In this document: in pieces, positions 7,626 through 18,688 of the stretch
Layout of the letters: each line of letters begins with the position of its first letter
How positions within the stretch are numbered: position 1 is the first letter of the stretch
From: Dehalococcoidia bacterium
GTDB lineage: Bacteria > Chloroflexota > Dehalococcoidia > SZUA-161 > SpSt-899
Length of the DNA stretch: 64,000 nucleotides
Assembly: GCA_046484125.1 (NCBI GenBank)
Contig: JAWOBX010000036.1
Location: 226 to 64,225 of the forward strand
Reading direction: 5' to 3'
The notes under the pieces: generated by a model
Database searches by the model: none
Told to the model about the DNA's origin: nothing
Seen by the model: only the letters and a program-made list of their open reading frames with translations
Translations under genes and position numbers: made by a program

Positions 7626-10600
7626 ATGAGACAGCCAACAATTTTTAACAGGGTAATTTTCGCAATCATATCATGCTTGCTGGTGGTTTCGGTGTTCGGG
7701 ACGTTTCCGGTTATGCTGGCGGGGGCAAGTGGATTTAATACCGGGGACACAGTCAAAACAACCGATCTGCTGAATGTTCGAACAGGGCCGGGACTCAGCT
7801 ATGACGAAATCTCGGACCCTGATTATGCCGCCAACAACTGGTGCGCACCCGCAGGGGAGGAAGGTGTTGTTCTCGCCGGACCTTCCTACGCGGATGGATA
7901 TACCTGGTACAAAATTGATTTCGGCCCTGGATTGTATACCGGGTGGTCGTCTGATCATCGCCTCGTAAAGGTGGAGGCACAAACGTTTTCAGCCGGCATC
8001 GTCGATTATGTGCCTACCAGCATAACAGAGGTAGAGGCTGGTGATTCGGTGACCATTGGTGCGAGTTTCGTCAACACCGGTAATACCGCCTGGCAATTCG
8101 TAGCCGGGGCCACGGTGTGGGATTCCAATGGGAATCAGGTGGCCAATTACAGCGAGACTCTTTCCAGCGCGCTGCAGCCGGATGAGCAGCATACCGTTAC
8201 CTGGCGCCATCCGGTAACTACTGAAGGCGATTACTGGGTCCAGTTTGGGGTATGGAAAGACACCCCCTATATATCGGAGAATTTACTGGATAAAGCACCC
8301 AGTCCATCGCAAAAGCTTATTTCAGTAACAGAACCTCAAGTTGTAGATAATGCACCCCCTGTAATTGAGAATCTTTCTGCATATCCATCTTCCATAACCG
8401 AAGGCGAAAGTGTGACGATCTCATTCTCGGTGAGTGACAGCGGTGGAAGCGGCCTGAACCGGGCTGAGTTGTGGAAAAAGTTTGGCTCTGGTAACTGGGA
8501 AGAGGTTGATCATAAATATTTAAACGGAGACCAATCTGAAGGAAGTTTTACAGATATACCTCAATCGGCAGGTAACTTTCAGTATAGTCTTCACGTGGCC
8601 GACAATGCCGGGAATCTGGTCTCTGAAGATCGGCAGGTTGAAGTCGAAGCAGATGAACCAGAACCGACGGTTTCGCCTGTTCAACCGGACCCCGCGGATA
8701 TAATTCCACCTTCGGTTGATTACTTCAACATATCACCGACCGAGATATCACCGGGCGAAAGCGTTAATGTCGATTACACTGTCTCCGATTCAGGTAGCGG
8801 TCTTAAAACAATAGAACTCTGGAGAAAGCGCGAGGCAGGGAGCTGGGAAATAATAGACCTCACGGTTATCGATGGTACTGGCGATACTCACACAACCAGC
8901 TTTATTGATAGCCTGACTTCAAGTGGCACATTTTACTATGCGCTCAATGTTTTTGATAAAGATGGTAATCAAGTTTATGAGGAATACGGCACGTCGGTAC
9001 TTGTGGTTGAGAATGACCCAACTACGACGCCAACTCCCACACCAACTGAGCCATCACCCGAATTAAACCAGCCTCCCTATGTTCCTGAAAACCCTTTCCC
9101 CGCCGATGGCGAAAGCGGGATTAAAGTCAACTCAATCCTGAATTGGAATGGCGGAGATCCTGATGGTGATGCTGTTTTCTATGATGTTTACCTAGAAAAG
9201 GAAAACTCTTCCCCGGATAAACTGCTTGTGGAAAATCTCACACATACTAGTTTTGATCCCGAAAATCTTGAATATGACAGCCACTACTACTGGCGAGTGA
9301 AAGCAGAGGATACTAAAGGCAATGTGGCGGAAGGTCCTGTGTGGGATTTCTATACCGATTCCTGTCCAGTGAATATATCCGCCCAAATTGATTCTTATAT
9401 TCCTTCGGGTTTAACGGAGGTAGAGGCTGGTAATCCGGTGACCATTGGAGTGAGTTTCGCCAATACCGGTAATACTACCTGGCAATTCATAGCCGGAGCG
9501 ACGGTGTGGGATTCCAACGGGAACCAAGTGGCCAATTACAGCGAGACTCTTTCCAGCGCGCTGCAGCCGGATGAGCAGCATATCGTTACCTGGAGCCATC
9601 CGGTAACTGCTGAAGGTGATTACTGGGTTCAGTTTGGGGTATGGAAAGACACCCCATTTATAGCGGAGAATTTGCTGGATAAAGCCCCCAGTCCATCGCA
9701 AAAGCTTATTTCAGTAACCGAATCTCCTGTTGTAGATGATACCTCCCCTGTAATCGAGGATCTTTCTGTATACCCATCTTCCATAACCGAAGGTGAAAGT
9801 GTGACGATCAATTTCAGTCTCAGAGACCGCGGAGGCAGCGGGTTGAAACAAGTGGAGTTATGGAGGAGGCAAGATACGAGTGATTGGCAGGAAGTGAATC
9901 ATAAGAAGATTTCCGGGAACTATTATACCGGCACTTTCAGCGATACCCCGCCATCAGCGGGCACCTGGGAATACGGACTTCACGTATTGGACAACGCAGG
10001 TAACATTACCTATGAGGATCAGCCGTTAAGTGTTCTGGTGGAAGAACCGGAACGGACGCCTTCACCCACGCCTTCTTCTACTCCAACCCCGTCAACCCAT
10101 CCGTATCATACTGATTTTGATTTGCACAATATGTTTGGCTTTGACAATGGCTCGATAACCGGATCGGATATTGAGAGTTACATTTCAAGCACATACCCGA
10201 CCTCTCCCATGCTACAGGAGAAGGCAATCGGAGATGCGTTTATCAATGCCGGACAAGAGTACCAAGTGAACCCTGCATTTTTAGTTGCCACTGCTCAACA
10301 TGAAGGTGGTTTTGGCACGTTAGGCTGGGCCAGTTCCCATTACCACTGCCACAACACTATGGGTTGGTGTGTTAACCCTGATCACCCCCATCCGGATAGC
10401 TGCAACTGCTACGATAGCTGGTCAGATTGCATACAAACGACAGCAGAAAGAATAGCCAACGGACCGTACTATTACAGATATTCCCCGTCAAGAGAGACTG
10501 TGGACGAAATAAGAGACGTATATGCAGAACACAAGAATACCGATACTATAGTGCGATATATGAATGATCTGTACTGGTTTTCTCAGGTCGACGTAGATAT

Positions 10601-11990
10601 CACCAATTGGGGGCCGACGGAAATAACCGTCGAAGCACGAAAATCTGCCGATAACGATATCAAAGTCAGTTATGAGTTAATTGATAAGAATAACAAAGCT
10701 ATCGAAATACCCCATGTGGCACATGCGAATCCTCCGTCAGTCAATTTAAATGGTCAATCACTAACCTTAGGTTCGTCTAATTTAGTTTTTCTGCATATTT
10801 GTTTGATGCCTCAAAATAATAGTAATTTGGATGAAATTAATGACATACGATTAAGAATAGTATTTCAGGGAGAAAAGCTGCGTCGCGTATATTATTTGGA
10901 ACCCGGTTTTGACAAAATTCTAAACATTGTTAGTTCGGGATTTGATATTACTCGTGATGGCTACAGCTTTTCAAATAATTCGTTCAACAAGGGTAAATGT
11001 TACGGCATGGCTGCAACGAGCATACTTTATTTCAATGACGAACTGGCAAGGCCATCTGGTTTTAACACTACATATGCTCTCGATACTAACACCGCGGAAC
11101 CGGCTATTGATAGATATCAAGATGAGCCTTTTCTAAACAATATCGATGACAGATCCGCATTGTTCGAGGACAACAAACTAGATATGACGGAATATGCCGA
11201 ATTAAGACGAATTCTTGGTCAACGGGGACCAGTCATAGTTATCCTACACCAGGGAATACTCACCGGGCATCATGCGGTGGTCGCTTACAAGCTAATTGAA
11301 GAGGACAATAAATCATACATTGCAATATACGATCCAAACTGGCCGTATAAACCGGTACCTAGCAACATTAAAAACGCTTTCACTTATATTGAATATGATC
11401 ATCTGACCAATGAGCTTGAGTATGGCGACTATAACCGTTTCAAATTTATTGAGGCGCGGAAGGACCCTTGGTACCAGCGTATAGAAATATTCAGTCCGGC
11501 GGAGGTTAGAGTTCGCGATTCCCAGGGCAGAACTACGGGAATGATAAACGGTCAAATTTTAGAGGAAATACCTTTCTCTTGCTACGATAATGAAACTGAG
11601 ACAGTTACTGTTTACCACCCTGATGATACGTTTATGTACGAAGTCGCTGGTAATGATAACGGATATTATGGTTTGGAGATCACATCAACAGAATTTGGTA
11701 AGACAAAGACAATTACCCTCAATGATGTACCTACCACCGGTAATTCGTCTCATCTTTACTCTATAGACTGGAAGGAATTAACTGCCGACGGTCATGGTAT
11801 CACCGTTGAGATCGATTCTGACGGAGACGGTATATTTGAAGAGAAAAGTATTCCGAACAAGAAAAGTCTGACTGTCATAACAGATAAACATGTGCCGGCT
11901 GGCAAAGCTGACGACCGGTGGAGTAACTGGGGAATTGCCATTGTGATAATTGGCCTCGCCGCTGTTGGCTACGTCGTCTTAAGGTTATAG
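7626..11990 (+). CDS. Giant secreted, membrane-anchored multidomain protein: signal peptide, SH3b, two ~145-aa repeat modules (plus a related third Ig-like module), FN3, a glucosaminidase-like muramidase domain, a papain-like (C39_2/CHAP-like) Cys peptidase and a C-terminal transmembrane anchor
   Basis: N-terminal signal peptide, then an SH3b-like segment (LNVRTGPGLSY...GWSSDHRLVKV). An FN3-like segment (YWRVKAEDTKGN). ATAQHEGGFGT resembles the glucosaminidase LESGWG motif. GKCYGMAATS...GHHAVVAY...YDPNWPY resembles a Cys-His-Asp peptidase. The C-terminal hydrophobic helix is followed by RL. AGGAGG ribosome-binding site. Confidence 0.7.
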   Translation: MRQPTIFNRVIFAIISCLLVVSVFGTFPVMLAGASGFNTGDTVKTTDLLNVRTGPGLSYDEISDPDYAANNWCAPAGEEGVVLAGPSYADGYTWYKIDFGPGLYTGWSSDHRLVKVEAQTFSAGIVDYVPTSITEVEAGDSVTIGASFVNTGNTAWQFVAGATVWDSNGNQVANYSETLSSALQPDEQHTVTWRHPVTTEGDYWVQFGVWKDTPYISENLLDKAPSPSQKLISVTEPQVVDNAPPVIENLSAYPSSITEGESVTISFSVSDSGGSGLNRAELWKKFGSGNWEEVDHKYLNGDQSEGSFTDIPQSAGNFQYSLHVADNAGNLVSEDRQVEVEADEPEPTVSPVQPDPADIIPPSVDYFNISPTEISPGESVNVDYTVSDSGSGLKTIELWRKREAGSWEIIDLTVIDGTGDTHTTSFIDSLTSSGTFYYALNVFDKDGNQVYEEYGTSVLVVENDPTTTPTPTPTEPSPELNQPPYVPENPFPADGESGIKVNSILNWNGGDPDGDAVFYDVYLEKENSSPDKLLVENLTHTSFDPENLEYDSHYYWRVKAEDTKGNVAEGPVWDFYTDSCPVNISAQIDSYIPSGLTEVEAGNPVTIGVSFANTGNTTWQFIAGATVWDSNGNQVANYSETLSSALQPDEQHIVTWSHPVTAEGDYWVQFGVWKDTPFIAENLLDKAPSPSQKLISVTESPVVDDTSPVIEDLSVYPSSITEGESVTINFSLRDRGGSGLKQVELWRRQDTSDWQEVNHKKISGNYYTGTFSDTPPSAGTWEYGLHVLDNAGNITYEDQPLSVLVEEPERTPSPTPSSTPTPSTHPYHTDFDLHNMFGFDNGSITGSDIESYISSTYPTSPMLQEKAIGDAFINAGQEYQVNPAFLVATAQHEGGFGTLGWASSHYHCHNTMGWCVNPDHPHPDSCNCYDSWSDCIQTTAERIANGPYYYRYSPSRETVDEIRDVYAEHKNTDTIVRYMNDLYWFSQVDVDITNWGPTEITVEARKSADNDIKVSYELIDKNNKAIEIPHVAHANPPSVNLNGQSLTLGSSNLVFLHICLMPQNNSNLDEINDIRLRIVFQGEKLRRVYYLEPGFDKILNIVSSGFDITRDGYSFSNNSFNKGKCYGMAATSILYFNDELARPSGFNTTYALDTNTAEPAIDRYQDEPFLNNIDDRSALFEDNKLDMTEYAELRRILGQRGPVIVILHQGILTGHHAVVAYKLIEEDNKSYIAIYDPNWPYKPVPSNIKNAFTYIEYDHLTNELEYGDYNRFKFIEARKDPWYQRIEIFSPAEVRVRDSQGRTTGMINGQILEEIPFSCYDNETETVTVYHPDDTFMYEVAGNDNGYYGLEITSTEFGKTKTITLNDVPTTGNSSHLYSIDWKELTADGHGITVEIDSDGDGIFEEKSIPNKKSLTVITDKHVPAGKADDRWSNWGIAIVIIGLAAVGYVVLRL
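8024..8456 (+). repeat. Intragenic direct repeat, copy 1 (~433 bp), with very high nucleotide identity to copy 2
   Basis: Long identical runs, e.g. ggccaattacagcgagactctttccagcgcgctgcagccggatgagcagcata, occur in both copies. Copy offset is exactly 1390 bp. Confidence 0.8.
9414..9846 (+). repeat. Intragenic direct repeat, copy 2
   Basis: See copy 1. The encoded modules (AGIVDYVPTSITEVEAG... / AQIDSYIPSGLTEVEAG...) are near identical. Confidence 0.8.
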
Positions 11991-12089
11991 TAATATCCAC
12001 TGAAATGATTCTCCGTTACTAGTCGTTTTACTTAATAGAAGGGGCTGAATCTCTCGAACTGTCAGTCACTTTTCGGTAGGAGGTTAGAG

Positions 12090-12365
12090 ATGGCTATAGT
12101 AAGTCTGATAACAAGGACTCATTCCTGGGAGGTAATACCCAATAACGGTAGTTTTTTTGGTCGATATACCGACCATATATCTGGTAAGGCAATACAATTC
12201 ATGTATAACAAGGCGGACGACCATGCGAAATTATTCGGCAAGTACGAAATAGAAATACCTATCGGGAATAGCATTGCTGTTAATGTTCTGGATATGATGA
12301 TTAGCGAACGAGTATGGCTGCTCACCTGTGTTGACGAATCCATAAAATCAAAATCTCTCAAGTGA
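12090..12365 (+). CDS. Hypothetical small protein
   Basis: AGGAGG ribosome-binding site 7 nt upstream of the ATG. No recognisable domain. Confidence 0.35.
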   Translation: MAIVSLITRTHSWEVIPNNGSFFGRYTDHISGKAIQFMYNKADDHAKLFGKYEIEIPIGNSIAVNVLDMMISERVWLLTCVDESIKSKSLK

Positions 12366-12422
12366 ACTGGGAATTGAAAGATCAACCTACTCGGCAATGT
12401 TTATGTTAATAGGAAGCAGAAA

Positions 12423-12620
12423 ATGGGCATCATAAAAGCTCTCGTCAAAATATCCATAATTATCATCCTTTTCTGGTTCGTTTTCAGGCTTGGTGCGGTA
12501 GGTAGCGACCCTTTGTGTGCCGACACTTATTGCCAAGTGGTAAACCAGATGCTTGATGATGTACGTGAGCTCACTCATAATCTAGAGAAAGTATTATCGG
12601 AACACGAAAACGGCAGGTAA
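12423..12620 (+). CDS. Hypothetical small membrane protein
   Basis: AGGAAG ribosome-binding site. One predicted transmembrane helix. Weak support. Confidence 0.25.
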   Translation: MGIIKALVKISIIIILFWFVFRLGAVGSDPLCADTYCQVVNQMLDDVRELTHNLEKVLSEHENGR

Positions 12621-13071
12621 TCCTGTATTTTGCAACCCAGCCAGCTCTTCGCAGGTTTACTGACCAGGATAGCTACAAAGAATAGCAACTAATACTAATA
12701 ACGGCCGACTATAAAAGAAGGAAGGGATTTTCCTCTGAAGAAGTTTCTACTTAATTAACGAGGTAACAGTAAAAAGGCCCGAAGCGGAGAATCTCGGAAG
12801 GAATAAATTTAAGCTGAAAAAGGCCTTGCCCTTTTACCCAGAAGCATTTTTTCAGGCTCATCCACCACTGGAAATCATTACCCCTTTCAGGCTCATTTTC
12901 CATTGGAAGAGAGTCAAACTTGACCAAAGTAAATATACCTGATACAATAATGGACACTTCGTCGGCGACCTCAAAAATGGGGCGCCAAGCGAAAGAGACA
13001 AAGCAAAAAACTGAATATTGAGGCTGCTTGGATCCGCAGGGACTGAGACGGCGAAATTGTTGAATAATAGA

Positions 13072-13103
13072 AGCCTTCTTGGTATGACCGGGAAGGCTTT
13101 TTT
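13072..13103 (+). terminator. Hairpin followed by a T-run (possible terminator or attenuator) in a 530-bp non-coding stretch upstream of the pantothenate genes
   Basis: AGCCTTC-13nt loop-GAAGGCT followed by TTTTTT. The loop is unusually large. Confidence 0.3.
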
Positions 13104-13172
13104 GGTTTAGCTGGGTTATGCAATATTTTTAAAAGATGATCCATATCCTTGAGAGTTGTGGAGGTTACAATC

Positions 13173-14096
13173 ATGGGAGTTGAACGTTCTACAAACAACC
13201 AGAAACCGACAATAGGGTTCATCGGGGCGGGTACCGTAGGTACCGCTCTTGCCGTAAGGCTTTTCGAGCAAGGTTATCCGGTTATTGCGGTAGCCAGCCG
13301 CTCGAGGTCCTCTGCCGATAAGCTGGCGGAGAAGGTAAATGAGTGTAAAGCATACGAAAACAAACAGGCCGTGGCCGACAGATGCGACCTGGTTTTCGTA
13401 ACAACCCCGGATGACGACGTGCTCGACGTGGTAAACGAGTTGAAATGGCACGGGGCACAATCAGTAGTCCATTGCAGCGGTGTTGATTCCCTCGATGTCC
13501 TGGAGAAGGCAAAGACCGACGGCGCGCAGGTCGGCGGATTTCACCCCCTCCAGACTTTCGCCAGCGTCACTCATGCCATTCAGAATCTTCCCGGCTCCAC
13601 TTTCGCCCTTGAGGCGGAGGGGCCACTACTGGAAACGCTCAGGGAAATGGCGGAATCCCTGCAGGGCAAGTGTGTTACCCTGGGGGAAGGTGATAAACCG
13701 CTTTATCACGCTGCGGCAGTTATTGCCTGCAACTACATGGTCACCCTGATGAAGATGGCCACCGATCTCTGGCAAACCTTCGGTGTCTCGCCGGAGGAAG
13801 CAACCGAAGCGCTGATGCCCCTGGTTCGCGGAACGGTGAACAATATCGAGAATGTCGGCCTGCCCGATTGCCTCACCGGTCCGATTGCTCGCGGAGATAT
13901 AGGTACCATCACCAAGCACCTGGAGATTATGGAGGAAAGAGTACCGGAGATCGCCAGCACATATCGAGAGCTGGCCTTAAAAACCATTCCGGTCGCCTTA
14001 AGCAAAGGTAAAATCGATCTGGCCAGAGCGGAGGAACTTCGCCTGCTGCTCACTGGTTCCGAAAAGTATTCATACACGGAGGTATGGCGTCAATGA
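13173..14096 (+). CDS. DUF2520/Rossmann-fold NAD(P)-binding oxidoreductase; candidate ketopantoate reductase by its pan-operon context
   Basis: [16 protein letters not shown] dinucleotide-binding motif. GGAGG ribosome-binding site before ATG 13173 (ORF open from 13149). Operonic with panD and panB. Confidence 0.6.
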   Translation: MGVERSTNNQKPTIGFIGAGTVGTALAVRLFEQGYPVIAVASRSRSSADKLAEKVNECKAYENKQAVADRCDLVFVTTPDDDVLDVVNELKWHGAQSVVHCSGVDSLDVLEKAKTDGAQVGGFHPLQTFASVTHAIQNLPGSTFALEAEGPLLETLREMAESLQGKCVTLGEGDKPLYHAAAVIACNYMVTLMKMATDLWQTFGVSPEEATEALMPLVRGTVNNIENVGLPDCLTGPIARGDIGTITKHLEIMEERVPEIASTYRELALKTIPVALSKGKIDLARAEELRLLLTGSEKYSYTEVWRQ

Positions 14097-14455
14097 GGAT
14101 GATGATGAAGAGCAAGATTCACCGGGCAAGCGTAACTGAAGCCAATCTGGATTACGAAGGCAGCATCACCATCGACCGGACTTTAATGGAAGCCGCGGAT
14201 ATCCTGCCCTACGAGAAGGTTCAGGTCCTCGATGTTACCAACGGTTCCCGTCTGGAAACCTATGCTATAGAGGGCGGCCCCGGTGAAATATGCATTAACG
14301 GAGCGGCCGCTCACCTTGTCCAGGAGGGTGATACCGTCATTATCATTACCTATCAGTGGGTACCTGAGGAAGAGGCGAGAGAATACCACCCGACAAAGGT
14401 CTTTGTTGATTCAAGGAACAGGATCGTCTCCAGCGAACTTTGCGCTGCGGTTTAA
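14084..14455 (+). CDS. panD: Aspartate 1-decarboxylase (true start probably an internal Met near 14105)
   Basis: [25 protein letters not shown]...GAAAHLV closely matches PanD, including the Gly-Ser self-cleavage site context. Confidence 0.85.
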   Translation: MASMRMMMKSKIHRASVTEANLDYEGSITIDRTLMEAADILPYEKVQVLDVTNGSRLETYAIEGGPGEICINGAAAHLVQEGDTVIIITYQWVPEEEAREYHPTKVFVDSRNRIVSSELCAAV

Positions 14456-14464
14456 TCCCGCCCA

Positions 14465-15304
14465 ATGGAGAGCTATATGCCTGTGACCATCAGTCAAATA
14501 CTAGAGATGAAAGAGCGAGGGGAGAAATTCTCCATGCTCACCGCTTATGATTATTCCACGGCCAGACTGGTCGACGAAGCCGGTGTGCCACTTATACTGG
14601 TGGGAGACAGCCTGGGCATGGTGGTGCTGGGATACGATTCCACGATACCCGTGACCATTGACGACATGTTACACCATACCAAAGCGGTTAGCAGGGGTGC
14701 CAGGAATTCGCTCGTGATCGGGGATATGCCGTTCATGACTTATCACATCTCAACCGAGGACGCCCTTCGAAACGCGGGCAGATTCCTCCAGGAAGGCGGC
14801 GCGCAGGCGGTGAAGCTGGAGGGCGGTGAAGCTGTAGCCGAAAAAGTCAGCCGAATAGTCTCATCAGGAATACCCGTCATGGGGCATCTTGGCTACACTC
14901 CCCAGTCAACGCATCAGCTGGGAGGACCCAGAGCCGTCGGAAAGAGCGTCGAGGCCGCTCAACAACTGCTTTACGATGCCCAGATTCTTGAGGAGGCCGG
15001 CGTTTTTTCCATTGTGCTGGAACTGGTTCCAGCGCCGCTGGCGAAACTGGTAACTGAAAAAGTCGGTGTTCCCACAATAGGGATCGGCGCGGGCAGTGAT
15101 TGCGACGGGCAGGTTCAAGTAATCAACGACATCCTGGGACTGATTGCCGATTTTGTTCCCAGGCACGCAAAGCAATACGCAAGGCTTCATGAGATCATCA
15201 GAGACGCTATCTCTGAATACGTCTCGGAGGTAGGAACAGGCTCCTTCCCGACCGCTGATAACAGTCCAAAAATGGATGAGAGCATCCTCGAGCAGATGCG
15301 ATAA
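14465..15304 (+). CDS. panB: 3-methyl-2-oxobutanoate hydroxymethyltransferase
   Basis: FSMLTAYDYSTARLVDEAGVPLILVGDSLGMVVLGYDST is the conserved PanB core. Confidence 0.9.
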   Translation: MESYMPVTISQILEMKERGEKFSMLTAYDYSTARLVDEAGVPLILVGDSLGMVVLGYDSTIPVTIDDMLHHTKAVSRGARNSLVIGDMPFMTYHISTEDALRNAGRFLQEGGAQAVKLEGGEAVAEKVSRIVSSGIPVMGHLGYTPQSTHQLGGPRAVGKSVEAAQQLLYDAQILEEAGVFSIVLELVPAPLAKLVTEKVGVPTIGIGAGSDCDGQVQVINDILGLIADFVPRHAKQYARLHEIIRDAISEYVSEVGTGSFPTADNSPKMDESILEQMR

Positions 15305-15379
15305 CCCCGTTTTCCCACGTTTTCCGTCTGTGTATGATATAATGTGATTCTGTCGGATAAATAGTGCGCGGAAAGTAAA

Positions 15380-17566
15380 ATGCCAAAAAACGGTTTTATA
15401 ACGCTGATCATAATAGTGGCGATTATAGCCATTCTATTTACCATATTCTCTCCCGGGGGCGATGAAGTCACAGAGGATATATCGCTGGATAAACTGATCA
15501 CAATGGTAAAGGCAGGCGACGTTGCCGAGATAGAGGTCAAGGGTGATTCGCTCAAGGTCACAACGTATGCCGGCGAGGAACTCAAGTCCAGGAAAGGCTC
15601 AGAAACCGACCTCCTGCAGCTTTTCAGAGAGGAAGGCATTCCCCTCAGCGCTGTGTCCATCGTGTACGAGGAAGAGGGGGGTGGACTGGGTGAGGGGTGG
15701 TCACTGGTACTGATCCAATTCCTTCCCCTGATCTTGTTCGGGGCGCTGCTGATATTCCTGTTGCGCCGGGCACAGGGTGGAGCTAATCAGGCTATGGGCT
15801 TTGCCAAGAGCAAGGCAAAGATGTTCACCGGAGATATGCCCACTGTGACCTTCGCTGATGTCGCCGGAGCGGAGGAAGCCAAAGAGGGCCTGGAAGAGAT
15901 AGTTGAATTCCTGAAACACTCACAAAAGTTCATTTCTCTGGGAGCCAAAATACCTCGCGGCGTACTCATGGTCGGGCCGCCGGGAACAGGTAAGACTCTC
16001 CTGAGCCGGGCTGTGGCCGGAGAGGCCGGCGTGCCCTTCTTTTCTATAAGCGGGAGCGAGTTCGTGGAGATGTTTGTTGGCGTTGGCGCGTCCCGGGTTC
16101 GAGACCTATTTGATCAGGCCAAAAGAAACGCTCCATGCCTCATATTCATAGATGAAATAGACGCGGTCGGCCGCCACCGTGGAGCCGGAGTTGGTGGGGG
16201 ACATGATGAACGGGAACAAACCTTGAATCAGATACTCTCAGAGATGGACGGTTTTGAGGTCAACACAAATATAATAATACTTGCCGCCACCAACCGGCCT
16301 GATATTCTCGACCCAGCCCTGCTGCGACCAGGCAGGTTTGATCGTCGAGTCGTGCTCGATCAGCCGGATATCAAAGGGCGAAAAGCGATACTTGAAGTTC
16401 ATATGAAAGGCAAGCCAACCGATGAGGCTGTCGACCTTGAAGTCATCGCCAAGCAGACCCCGGGATTCAGCGGGGCCGACCTTGCAAACCTTGTCAATGA
16501 GGCGGCCATCCTCGCCGTCCGGAGAGGAAAGAAAACAATCAGCCTCGCCGAACTGGAGGAGTCCATCGACCGGGTTCAGCTTGGCCCGGAGAGAAAAAGC
16601 CGCGTCATCAGTGATAAGGAGAAAAGAATCGTCGCCTACCATGAGACCGGCCACGCTCTGGTAGCCAGGATGCTGCCCAATGCCGATCCCGTTCATAAAA
16701 TCTCCATTATAGCAAGAGGTCTGGCCGGTGGTTACACCAAGCAACTGCCTACGGAGGATCGGTATCTTACGTCGCGTTCCCAGTTTGAAGACATGCTGGC
16801 CACTATGCTGGGAGGGCATGCCGCCGAGGAGATCGCCTTTGGCGATATCACTACCGGTGCGAGCAACGATCTGGAACGTGCGACACAAATAGCGCGGACA
16901 ATGGTCATGCGTTACGGGATGAGTGAAAGAATCGGGTATGAAGAGATCCCGATCAGCGATGCGCTGGTCGAAGCCCGAAAAGGGAATGTCGAGTATTTCG
17001 AGGTTTACGGGGATGACCTCCTGTTAAAGACCAGAGATGGACGTATACTGCAATCGCGCAAAGAGGAGGAATCGCCCCTTTCCCAGTTGCTGCATGAACA
17101 CGGGATTGATCCGGAATCATCCGGAATAAAGATCTTCGTCAAGGAATCCGCCGGACTTAACGGCCTGGGACTTCGTGTGTATGGTAAGAGACAGGAGATG
17201 GTTTTCCTGGGCAAGGAGATATCGGAAGAACGGGACTATGGCGAAAAGATAGCAAATGAAATCGACGGAGCCGTTCATCGACTAATCGAAAACGCGTACG
17301 ATACCGCCAGAGAAATTCTGACAGATAATCATTCAAAGCTTGTTCAGATAGCTGAAAATCTCATTGTAGAGGAAACAATAGAGGGTGAGGCGTTGAACCG
17401 GCTTTTTGACTCTCCTACGGTGGAACCCGCGCCGGAATCGGGGGTCGAGGAGCCCGCTACCAAAGCCACCGAAATCATAAACAGACCATCGGAGAAAAAA
17501 CACCGGCACCTACCCGGTGACGCTTATCCCGGCGGTGATTCACCTCCGGAACCACAGACCCAATAA
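15380..17566 (+). CDS. ftsH: ATP-dependent zinc metalloprotease FtsH
   Basis: N-terminal transmembrane helix. AAA Walker A GPPGTGKT. Second region of homology. HETGHA zinc motif. Long C-terminal tail. Confidence 0.9.
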   Translation: MPKNGFITLIIIVAIIAILFTIFSPGGDEVTEDISLDKLITMVKAGDVAEIEVKGDSLKVTTYAGEELKSRKGSETDLLQLFREEGIPLSAVSIVYEEEGGGLGEGWSLVLIQFLPLILFGALLIFLLRRAQGGANQAMGFAKSKAKMFTGDMPTVTFADVAGAEEAKEGLEEIVEFLKHSQKFISLGAKIPRGVLMVGPPGTGKTLLSRAVAGEAGVPFFSISGSEFVEMFVGVGASRVRDLFDQAKRNAPCLIFIDEIDAVGRHRGAGVGGGHDEREQTLNQILSEMDGFEVNTNIIILAATNRPDILDPALLRPGRFDRRVVLDQPDIKGRKAILEVHMKGKPTDEAVDLEVIAKQTPGFSGADLANLVNEAAILAVRRGKKTISLAELEESIDRVQLGPERKSRVISDKEKRIVAYHETGHALVARMLPNADPVHKISIIARGLAGGYTKQLPTEDRYLTSRSQFEDMLATMLGGHAAEEIAFGDITTGASNDLERATQIARTMVMRYGMSERIGYEEIPISDALVEARKGNVEYFEVYGDDLLLKTRDGRILQSRKEEESPLSQLLHEHGIDPESSGIKIFVKESAGLNGLGLRVYGKRQEMVFLGKEISEERDYGEKIANEIDGAVHRLIENAYDTAREILTDNHSKLVQIAENLIVEETIEGEALNRLFDSPTVEPAPESGVEEPATKATEIINRPSEKKHRHLPGDAYPGGDSPPEPQTQ

Positions 17567-17674
17567 CGAGTAAGTATTATCCCCCAAAACAAACAACAAT
17601 TAGAACTGGTATCTTCAGGTATTGCGTCAATGCTGGCCATTTCTCCTCCAGAAGAACGTCCTCAGGTTTTCACA

Positions 17675-18688
17675 TTAAACAACCAGCTTTAACAAGTGAG
17701 TCAGTACCCATCCTAAACCGATACAAATAGGGAAGGTCATTATCCACGCGGAGATTATATTCCCGGTAACCCCCCACCGGACTGCCGAGAGGCGCTGAGT
17801 TGCCCCCACGCCCATGACCGACGCGACAGTGCAATGAGTGGTGCTCACTGGAATTCCAAGTTGTGAAGCAAGCTCGATAACACCTCCAGCGGAGAAATCA
17901 GACGTAAAACCATGTGGCGGATCCAGACGGGTAACCTTGAATCCAACTGTCTTTATAACCCTCCATCCACCCAATGCCGTCCCCAGTGATATGGAAGCAG
18001 CCGCGGCAAAGACTATTCCAAGGGGTATATCGTCCCAGTAATCAGTTTTTTCATAATACAGCACAAACGCCATTACCATGAGGGCGATCGGCATTTGACC
18101 GTCGTTTTTACCATGCGCGTAGGCCAGAAACGCGGTGGTAAGGTACTGCAGTTTGCGAAAGATTGACATCACCCGGCCCGGGGCACTCCTGTGAAATATC
18201 CACATCACGATTATCATCAATACAAAGGCGCCTATAAATCCCAGAGCAGGCGCGCATATTACCGCAGCCAGAGTCAGTTCGAATTTACCCCACCCGATCG
18301 AGCTCCCTGTGGCCAATCCCGCCCCGACAAGAGCCGCCACCAGAGAGTGGCTGACACTGATTGGTAAAGCCAGCCGCGTAGCAGTCACGGTCCAGATGAT
18401 GGCCGCGGCAACAGCTCCTATCACTATGCTGTAACCATAATCACCGGCAACCGCTTCCTCGGTCAGAATCCCCTTGCCTATGGTCTTGGCGACGGCGGCA
18501 CCTACGAGCGCTCCGTGAATTGCCCCAAGCAGGTTACCTGTAGCGGCAATCGCGATCGCCTTACGAGGAGATAGAGCGCGGCTTCCGATTGACGCAGCTA
18601 CCGCGTTGGCTGCGTCATTCAGTCCGTTTGAGAAACCGAATCCAAGCGCAACCGCTAAGATCAGAACCAGCAGGAAAACATCAAGCAT
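17675..18688 (-). CDS. Inorganic phosphate transporter, PiT family
   Basis: GFSNGLNDAANAVAASIG signature, duplicated in the second half. Polytopic membrane protein. Confidence 0.85.
   Translation of the reverse strand: MLDVFLLVLILAVALGFGFSNGLNDAANAVAASIGSRALSPRKAIAIAATGNLLGAIHGALVGAAVAKTIGKGILTEEAVAGDYGYSIVIGAVAAAIIWTVTATRLALPISVSHSLVAALVGAGLATGSSIGWGKFELTLAAVICAPALGFIGAFVLMIIVMWIFHRSAPGRVMSIFRKLQYLTTAFLAYAHGKNDGQMPIALMVMAFVLYYEKTDYWDDIPLGIVFAAAASISLGTALGGWRVIKTVGFKVTRLDPPHGFTSDFSAGGVIELASQLGIPVSTTHCTVASVMGVGATQRLSAVRWGVTGNIISAWIMTFPICIGLGWVLTHLLKLVV

Noticed and set aside
16238-16888. 216-aa antisense ORF inside ftsH
   Set aside because: Lies wholly within and opposite to a strongly supported conserved gene. 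Typical of spurious ORFs in GC-rich codon position 3.
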